Source: Abditibacterium sp. (GTDB taxonomy: Bacteria > Armatimonadota > Abditibacteriia > Abditibacteriales > Abditibacteriaceae). From it: 40,001 nt of DNA. The translations under genes were made by a program, and so were the position numbers. The stretch is taken from NCBI GenBank assembly GCA_965246885.1, contig OZ251992.1:1788906-1828906 (forward strand). Direction: 5' to 3'. Below the pieces are notes generated by a model. It worked only from the letters and a program-made list of their open reading frames with translations. It had not been told where the DNA came from and searched no databases. Positions 34,159 to 40,001 of the stretch are shown one piece after another; the stretch's first letter is position 1; each line of letters starts with the position of its first letter.

Positions 34159-34209
34159 CTTTTTCATCAAGTCGAATGAAACGGCGCTAAACTTCGGGGA
34201 TAACAGATT

Positions 34210-36087
34210 ATGGCACAACGAATCCGGCAGCTGCCGCCCGATGTAGCGAACAAAATCGCGGCGGGCGAAGTGGTGGAGCGGCCCGCCAATGCCGTCAAGG
34301 AACTCATCGAGAACGCCCTCGACGCGGGCGCGCGCCGCATTTCCATTGACATTGAGGAGGGCGGCAAAAAGCTCATCCGCGTGCGCGACGACGGAAGCGG
34401 CATGAGCGCGCAAGATGCGGTTTTGTGCTTGCAACGCCACGCGACCAGCAAAATTCAAGAGGCCGACGACTTATGGCGCATCTCCACGCTTGGCTTCCGG
34501 GGCGAAGCGATGCCCAGTTTGGCGGCGGTGTCGCGCATGGAAATCACCACGCGCGAAGAAGGCGCCGAGTCGGGCACGCGTTTGGTCGTGGAAGCGGGCG
34601 AGGTCTTGGGCGTCGAAGAGATCGGCTGCGCTCCGGGAACCGAAATCACCGTGCGCGGCCTGTTCTTCAACACGCCCGCGCGCTTTAAATTCCTCAAATC
34701 GGATAGCGCCGAAGCCGCGCGCATTTCCGAGATGGTCGGGCACCTCGCGCTCGCGTATCCGCATGTCGCGTTCGTGCTCAAGCACAATGGCAACGAGAGC
34801 TTGCGCGTCGAAGCCGGAGGCGATGCCTTCAACGCCCTTGTGTCAGTGTGGGGCCGCGACACGGCGCGCGCCATGATGCCCATTTCGACGAGCGAGGAGT
34901 TCCCCAACATGAAAGTCACCGGCTTCGCGGGCCGCCCGCAGTTCACGCGCGCCAATCGCAAGGGGCAGTTAGTATTCGTCAACGGGCGCGCCGTGACCAG
35001 CCGCGCTCTCCAGCACGCGTTTGGTGCCGCCTACGAAGGGCTAATTCACGGGCGCGACCGCTATCCGGTCGGGCTTATCTTTTTGCACGTCGCGCCGGGA
35101 AGCGTGGATGTCAACGTGCACCCCGCCAAGTCGGAGGTGCGCTTTGCCCGCGAGGGAGAAGCGCACCACGCGCTGCGCGTCGCTATCCGCGATACCCTTG
35201 TCGGGGCGCAATTAGCGCCCAATTGGAACCTCGAAGGCGAGCGCGACGGCGGCTTGTACGCGCCCTTTGGCGGCCCCAAGTTCGAGCCAAGCGGAACAGA
35301 AGCCGCGCGCTTTGCCCCGGCGCCAACGCCCAACTACGCCCGCTTCTTGCCGCGCGCCGACGAGGAATTGTCGCGCCCGCTTACGCCCGCGCCGACGGAA
35401 GACGCGCACGAACGTTTCCGTCAGCACCTCAGCGACATCCGCGAAGGCAAGACCGGCTTTGACCGCGACCTGTTCCCCGACGAGGCGCCGCCGCGCTTGC
35501 AATTGCGCCCGCTCGCGCAGATTTCCCAGAACGCTTATATCCTTTGCGAGGGCGAGGACGGCTTATACATTGTCAACCAGCACCGCGCGCACGAGCGCAT
35601 CTTGGCCGACCGCGCCATCGCCAAGGCCGAACGCGAGCGCGTCGAGTCGCAGCGCCTGATGATCCCCTTCTCGGTCGAGTGCGGCCCGCGCGCCCTCGCT
35701 TCTGTCGAGGAGCACGGCGCGCTTCTGAGTGAGCTTGGTTTCGAGGTCGAGAGTTTCGGCGGCAACGCCCTGTTAGTGCGCGCTGTGCCGATGCTGGTCG
35801 CGCAAACGGACTACGAGCGCGCGTTCTCCGACTTGCTGGACGAACTGGTATCTGGCCACGCTGGTCGCAACTTGGAGGAGCGCCGCCGCGCGCTACTGAC
35901 CATGCTGAGTTGCAAGAACGCCATCAAAGCGGGCGACGCGCTCAATCAAGGGCAAATGCAGGGCTTAGTGGACGACTTGGTGGAACTGCCGAATCCGAGC
36001 ATCTGCCCGCACGGGCAACCGATACTGATTAAGATTTCGACCTACGAATTGCACAAGAAGTTCGAGCGCGAGTATGCGATGCGCTAA
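34210..36087 (+). CDS. mutL: DNA mismatch repair protein MutL
   Basis: IRQLPPDVANKIAAGEVVERPANAVKELIENALDAG...VRDDGSGM is the GHKL ATPase N-terminus. The C-terminal dimerisation region is present. Confidence 0.95.
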   Translation: MAQRIRQLPPDVANKIAAGEVVERPANAVKELIENALDAGARRISIDIEEGGKKLIRVRDDGSGMSAQDAVLCLQRHATSKIQEADDLWRISTLGFRGEAMPSLAAVSRMEITTREEGAESGTRLVVEAGEVLGVEEIGCAPGTEITVRGLFFNTPARFKFLKSDSAEAARISEMVGHLALAYPHVAFVLKHNGNESLRVEAGGDAFNALVSVWGRDTARAMMPISTSEEFPNMKVTGFAGRPQFTRANRKGQLVFVNGRAVTSRALQHAFGAAYEGLIHGRDRYPVGLIFLHVAPGSVDVNVHPAKSEVRFAREGEAHHALRVAIRDTLVGAQLAPNWNLEGERDGGLYAPFGGPKFEPSGTEAARFAPAPTPNYARFLPRADEELSRPLTPAPTEDAHERFRQHLSDIREGKTGFDRDLFPDEAPPRLQLRPLAQISQNAYILCEGEDGLYIVNQHRAHERILADRAIAKAERERVESQRLMIPFSVECGPRALASVEEHGALLSELGFEVESFGGNALLVRAVPMLVAQTDYERAFSDLLDELVSGHAGRNLEERRRALLTMLSCKNAIKAGDALNQGQMQGLVDDLVELPNPSICPHGQPILIKISTYELHKKFEREYAMR

Positions 36088-36117
36088 GCATCAATGCGCT
36101 AAACCAAGGAGACCCTT

Positions 36118-36693
36118 ATGGCCGCTAACCCGATTTCCGTTGTCCGCCGCGACTGGACTTATGAGGACTTGGATTCCTTCGCCGACGATGTGCGCCGCGA
36201 ACTGGACGGCAACACCTTTTTTGAGATGCCTTCACCCACGCTTCTACACCAGACCCTGATTCTGCGCTTGGCGCTTTTCCTGTCGCAGATGGCGCGGCAG
36301 CACGGCGGCAAAGCGTTCCTGTCGCCCGTTGACCTCGTGCTGTCGCCGCGCGTGGTGTTCATTCCCGACGTGTGCTTCTACGGGCGCGAGAAGATGGCGA
36401 GCGGCGATGTGGAGCGCGATCCCAAGCGGTTGCGCGTGGCGCCCGATTTAATCGTCGAAATCATCTCGCCCTCGACGGCCAGCCGCGATCGCGTCTTGAA
36501 GTTCCGCCGCTACGCCGAGTTTGGCGTCGGGAACTACTGGCTGGTTGACCCGCAGGAGCGCACCCTCCAAGCCTTCCAACTGCAAAGCGGCGCCTATGCT
36601 GAAGAAGCGGTTCTGACAAACGCCGACGCGTTCGCGCCCGCTCTCTTCCCCGGCGCGACATGGGCACTAAGCGAACTTTTTGGCTCGGAATGA
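36118..36693 (+). CDS. Uma2-family (DUF820) restriction-endonuclease-fold protein
   Basis: FEMPSPTLLHQ...PDVCFY...PDLIVEIISPST...KFRRYAEFGVGNYWLVDP is the typical Uma2 pattern. GGAG RBS upstream. Confidence 0.85.
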   Translation: MAANPISVVRRDWTYEDLDSFADDVRRELDGNTFFEMPSPTLLHQTLILRLALFLSQMARQHGGKAFLSPVDLVLSPRVVFIPDVCFYGREKMASGDVERDPKRLRVAPDLIVEIISPSTASRDRVLKFRRYAEFGVGNYWLVDPQERTLQAFQLQSGAYAEEAVLTNADAFAPALFPGATWALSELFGSE

Positions 36694-36747
36694 GGGCGAG
36701 GAGGCAAGACGCGCGAAGCGGCGCACGAATCGCTAACCTGTAACGCG

Positions 36748-37335
36748 ATGGCACAGCACCCCGACGGTCAGAACCTGCAACAACCCCAAGCGCACGCGAC
36801 GCCGCACCGCGACGATGCTTCGGAGTCCACCAATGAGCATCGCGCCCAAGCGCCCGAATCGGTGCGGGCGACGGTGATTGTCGTGTCGGACACGCGCACT
36901 CTCGACACCGACCGGGGCGGGTTGCTCATCGAAGAGCTACTCGAAAGCGCGGGGCATGAGGTCATGCTACGCCAAATCGTGCGCGACGAGTTGGAAGCGA
37001 TCAAAACGGCGGCGTGCGATGCCATCGGCACCGATGCCGAAGCCGTCATCCTCACCGGTGGCAGTGGCGTCACGGCCCGTGACGTGACGCCCGAAGCGAT
37101 TCACCCGCTCCTCACCAAAGAATTGCCCGGCTTTGGTGAGGTCTTCCGCGTTCTCAGCTACGCCGAAATCGGCGCCGCGACCATGCTCTCGCGCGCCTTT
37201 GCGGGAGTGGCAGGCCGCACGCTTGTGTTCGTGCTTCCCGGCTCGACCAACGCCGTGCGCTTGGCGATGGAAAAACTCATCCTCCCTGAAATCGGCCACC
37301 TCGTGCGCGAACTGCGCCCGGAACGCCGCCGTTAA
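36748..37335 (+). CDS. moaB: Molybdenum cofactor biosynthesis protein B (MoaB/Mog family)
   Basis: VIVVSDTRT...ILTGGSGVTARDVTPEA...LPGFGEVFR...GSTNAV, with a ~35-aa polar N-terminal extension. Confidence 0.8.
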   Translation: MAQHPDGQNLQQPQAHATPHRDDASESTNEHRAQAPESVRATVIVVSDTRTLDTDRGGLLIEELLESAGHEVMLRQIVRDELEAIKTAACDAIGTDAEAVILTGGSGVTARDVTPEAIHPLLTKELPGFGEVFRVLSYAEIGAATMLSRAFAGVAGRTLVFVLPGSTNAVRLAMEKLILPEIGHLVRELRPERRR

Positions 37336-37382
37336 GGGTTGCACGCCCCCGCCAAAGTGGTTAGAATTTCTTCTGCCTTTAC

Positions 37383-37456
37383 GGGCGCATAGCTCAGTTG
37401 GTTAGAGCGCAACACTGATAATGTTGAGGTCCGTGGTTCGAATCCACGTGCGCCCA
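37383..37456 (+). tRNA. tRNA-Ile (anticodon GAU)
   Basis: Hand-folded cloverleaf. Acceptor GGGCGCA/TGCGCCC. D-arm GCTC...GAGC. Anticodon stem CAACA/TGTTG with loop CTGATAA. T-arm CGTGG-TTCGAAT-CCACG. Confidence 0.92.
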
Positions 37457-37462
37457 GTGGGA

Positions 37463-37510
37463 AAGGGGCCGGAAGCGTCTCAGTAATTACTGAGACGCTC
37501 CCGGCCCTTT
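37463..37510 (+). terminator. Long hairpin terminator after tRNA-Ile
   Basis: A ~22-bp stem (GGGGCCGGAAGCGTCTCAGTA / TACTGAGACGCTCCCGGCCCT) with one mismatch plus a terminal G-T pair, followed by TTTCTTGTT. Confidence 0.65.
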
Positions 37511-37568
37511 CTTGTTCCACCCGTCTGCCCCCGCCGTCCCAAGGCGCAGATGAGGCGACACAAACCGC

Positions 37569-37598
37569 AACGGCCCGCTTCCGAAGAAGCGGGCCGTT
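37569..37598 (-). terminator. Hairpin terminator after the DUF1559 gene
   Basis: On the minus strand, AACGGCCCGCTTC, loop TTCG, then GAAGCGGGCCGTT followed by GCGGTTTGTG, 16 nt after the stop. Confidence 0.55.
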
Positions 37599-37614
37599 GT
37601 CGTTTGGGCGAGGA

Positions 37615-38607
37615 TTAGTCGCAGTTGGCGTGCGGGCCGTTGTAGTCGGTGGCCCACAAGCAGACGTCGCCGACGACTTGGACGTAGGGCATGGCCTTGA
37701 CGTGGCCATCCACGAACTGGCAGTTGATGAAGCCCATGTGGCGGCTGGTCAGAGCATCCTGCTCGGCCTGACCGAAGGTGGTGGGCCAAGCGTTGCTGTT
37801 GCCCGAAAAGCCAGCGTAGTTGCCCTTGCCGTTGCCAATGTTGCGCCAGTAGTGGACGTATTGGGCACCGTATCCGTTGGCCAAGCCCAAGTCATCGCAA
37901 TCTTTGGAGCTGGTGCAAGCCACGTTGCCGCCACCGATGTTCTTGAGCAAGCCGGACTCGTTGGCCAAGTCGGGGCCGACGCCGTAGTAGGTGGAGTCGG
38001 TGATCATGATGGTCTTGGCCGGGCGGGTAACGGACGCATCGCTCACCGGAGGAGTGGCAACGCCAGCCAACTTCTGCGGGCTGAGCCATGTGTCGTTGTG
38101 GCCGTAGGAGTTCTCGCCGCCGTAGCTGAGGCCTTCACAACCGGAGGCTTTGAAGGCACCCGTTGTGGAGTCTTTGGTCGCGCCGCCATCGCCGCACTTG
38201 GTGCCGGCGGGGTCATAGCCGACCCACGAGTTGGGGTTGGACGGGCAGGCGAAGACTTGGGTGCTCTTGATGTAGGGCTGGAGTAAGGAGATCCAGAAGA
38301 CGCGTTGCGTGGCGCCGCCCGTGATGGTGCCAGCAGGAGCGGTGGCCACGAACGGGTTGTTGGTCACCGAGGAGGAGTCGCCGCCGGTGCGGTGGGGGTA
38401 GAGTTTCTCGTCGTAGTCCTGAACATACTGAGCCGACGCGAGGCCCATCTGTTTCATGTTGGACATACAGGAGGCTTTGCGGGCGTTCTCACGAGCGCGG
38501 GCGAAAGCGGGGAACAGGATTGCCGCGAGGATCGCAATGATAGCGATAACAACGAGCAACTCGATGAGCGTGAAAGCCGAACGGTTCTTAGAAGCGGTTG
38601 TAAACAT
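37615..38607 (-). CDS. Prepilin-type N-terminal cleavage/methylation domain protein, DUF1559 (H-X9-DG) family
   Basis: [48 protein letters not shown] is the classic N-terminus. The C-terminal [13 protein letters not shown] fits H-X9-DG. Confidence 0.9.
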   Translation of the reverse strand: MFTTASKNRSAFTLIELLVVIAIIAILAAILFPAFARARENARKASCMSNMKQMGLASAQYVQDYDEKLYPHRTGGDSSSVTNNPFVATAPAGTITGGATQRVFWISLLQPYIKSTQVFACPSNPNSWVGYDPAGTKCGDGGATKDSTTGAFKASGCEGLSYGGENSYGHNDTWLSPQKLAGVATPPVSDASVTRPAKTIMITDSTYYGVGPDLANESGLLKNIGGGNVACTSSKDCDDLGLANGYGAQYVHYWRNIGNGKGNYAGFSGNSNAWPTTFGQAEQDALTSRHMGFINCQFVDGHVKAMPYVQVVGDVCLWATDYNGPHANCD

Positions 38608-38771
38608 GGTTGGTGGATTTCTCCGGGGAGATTGTCCTCAACCGAGTTTAAGAGAATATGAGGAGGAGGTGAGACTTTCCACAGAAAGGACGATTGGCCC
38701 CGTTTTTCATGCACAGTCAGAGGGAAGGCAAGGGGGGGAGGCCCCGACTTACCGACCCGACTTTCCGGCTC

Positions 38772-38897
38772 CTATTTTCCATTCCCACGTGCCTGCCGTC
38801 CATTCCCGCGCCTGTGTCACCCACTCCCGCATGTGTGTGACTCATTCCTACATGCTTGTCATTCATTGGCAGGGGCGCGTCAATGGACGACAGACGC
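38772..38897. repeat. 21-bp phased tandem repeat array 3 (6 units), upstream of the DUF1559 gene
   Basis: The units are ctattttccattcccacgtgc, ctgccgtccattcccgcgcct, gtgtcacccactcccgcatgt, gtgtgactcattcctacatgc, ttgtcattcattggcaggggc and gcgtcaatggacgacagacgc. Confidence 0.85.
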
Positions 38898-38964
38898 GGG
38901 CGACGCGCCCGCCGCCCTCTGTTATCGGGCGCCCGCCGTCGCTTCGCACAGGGCGGGCCACATT

Positions 38965-40001
38965 TTAAAAGTTGACAACGGCGGAGCGGCCATCGGCGAA
39001 GGAAACGAGGGCTTGGTTTTGTCCGTGCAGCGAAGCGTGCGCGCCCACTGCGGCAGAAACGGCTCCCAATGGAGCAAACAGTTGGCCATCCACGACTTGC
39101 GCGGCGGTCATCATCTGGGCCGTGCGGCCATTGATGGTGGCGCGCGAAGCGTTCGCGCGGAAGATGCCACTGGTGCGTCCGCTCGCGTCGGTGCGCACGG
39201 CGACGCCGTCGCCGCGCGCGCTCCATTGCACCCCGGCCATGCGCGCCATTTCGATGACGGGCACGAGCACAACCGGGCCGCGCGCGCCTTGCACGACGCG
39301 CCCATTGAAGGGGGCGTCACCGGCGGGTACGACGGGTGAAGTGACGCGGGATTGTCCGAACGCGGGCGGATACTCGCTGTTTCCGCCCGCCAAAGTTAAA
39401 AAAGGCCCACCGTTGTTTTGGGCGACGCCCACGAGGTTTTCGCGGTTGATTTCGGCAGAAACGGCCTTTTGGCGGGCCGGAGAGGTGGGGTGATCGCTCA
39501 GGTATTTGCCCAACCCTTCCGGCCCATCACCCAAGCGGCCCAACATGGAAACGGCGGCGCGTGGGTCGAAACCCAAGCGGGCGATGGCGCGCGTGCCATA
39601 GTCGTCGGCCTGCGACTCCTCTTTGCGCGAGAAACCCTTTTGCCACAAGACGGCGCCGGTGTTCACCAAGCCGCCGACCAAGTCGCCCGCTTGTCCGCCG
39701 CGACTGCTGAGGATGCCGCCCAAGATGGCGGCGCCGATGCCGATGGTTTGCGATTTCTGCGCGGCTTTAACGACGTGGCGCAGTTCGACGTGCCCGGTTT
39801 CGTGGCCCAAAACGTAAGCTAACTCGGCGTCGTTTTGGGCGGTGGCCATCAGTTTCGTGGTGACAAACACCGGCCCGCCGGGGCCAGCGAACGCGTTGAG
39901 GACTTTGTCGTTTTGCAGAACTGTATAGGAGAAGGGGATGTTGCGGCGGGTGGCTTGGCGGGCGAGCATGGCGCCGATGCGCGAAACGCGGATTTGGCGC
40001 G
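38965..40001 (-). CDS. M48-family zinc metallopeptidase with a C-terminal copper-amine-oxidase-N-like domain, 5' end off the window
   Basis: LNAFAGPGGPVFVTTKLM...AYVLGHETGHVELRH is the HExxH site. The frame stays open upstream of the listed ATG to the window edge (RQIRVSRIGAMLARQ). Confidence 0.85.
   Translation of the reverse strand, partial: RQIRVSRIGAMLARQATRRNIPFSYTVLQNDKVLNAFAGPGGPVFVTTKLMATAQNDAELAYVLGHETGHVELRHVVKAAQKSQTIGIGAAILGGILSSRGGQAGDLVGGLVNTGAVLWQKGFSRKEESQADDYGTRAIARLGFDPRAAVSMLGRLGDGPEGLGKYLSDHPTSPARQKAVSAEINRENLVGVAQNNGGPFLTLAGGNSEYPPAFGQSRVTSPVVPAGDAPFNGRVVQGARGPVVLVPVIEMARMAGVQWSARGDGVAVRTDASGRTSGIFRANASRATINGRTAQMMTAAQVVDGQLFAPLGAVSAAVGAHASLHGQNQALVSFADGRSAVVNF

Noticed and set aside
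33974-34458. ORFs with RRLSxxx heptad repeats across array 2 (33974..34246 plus and 34021..34458 minus)
   Set aside because: The heptad periodicity is produced by the 21-bp tandem repeat. Both overlap mutL or the intergenic array and lack start context.

Overview
High-GC bacterial chromosomal segment; hand counts give about 63% GC in core genes. The centre, about 6.0-19.8 kb on the minus strand, is tuf plus the S10/spc ribosomal-protein cluster from rpsJ to rplO. Flanking genes are housekeeping and envelope types: rtcB (5' partial), ruvA, ubiE/menG, a CAP-domain protein, an HSL-type esterase, a 1268-aa PAS/GGDEF/EAL protein, fabI, a secreted TIM-barrel glycosidase-like protein, mutL, a Uma2 nuclease, moaB, a DUF1559 prepilin-like protein and an M48 peptidase (5' partial). 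There are two tRNAs, Ser-GCU and Ile-GAU. I saw no rRNA, CRISPR array, transposase or integrase. The DUF1559 gene suggests a Planctomycetota/Armatimonadota-like lineage, but that is only a guess. I found no classical multi-gene defence island. Three things stand out. (1) The ribosomal-protein cluster carries several same-strand, low-GC, non-ribosomal inserts. These are an Imm22-like ORF, a 160-aa orphan ORF, two ~47-aa single-TM micro-ORFs absent from the ORF track, a transaldolase with tRNA-Ser, and a vapBC module flanked by a duplicated rplO 3' end plus terminator. The cluster also stops at rplO with no secY. (2) A family of phased 21-bp tandem repeat arrays occupies three intergenic regions. 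(3) Other structured repeats sit inside the operon, and the rpsE frame runs 146 nt into rpmD. Functional readings of the orphan ORFs and repeats are hypotheses and need HMM, comparative and expression checks.
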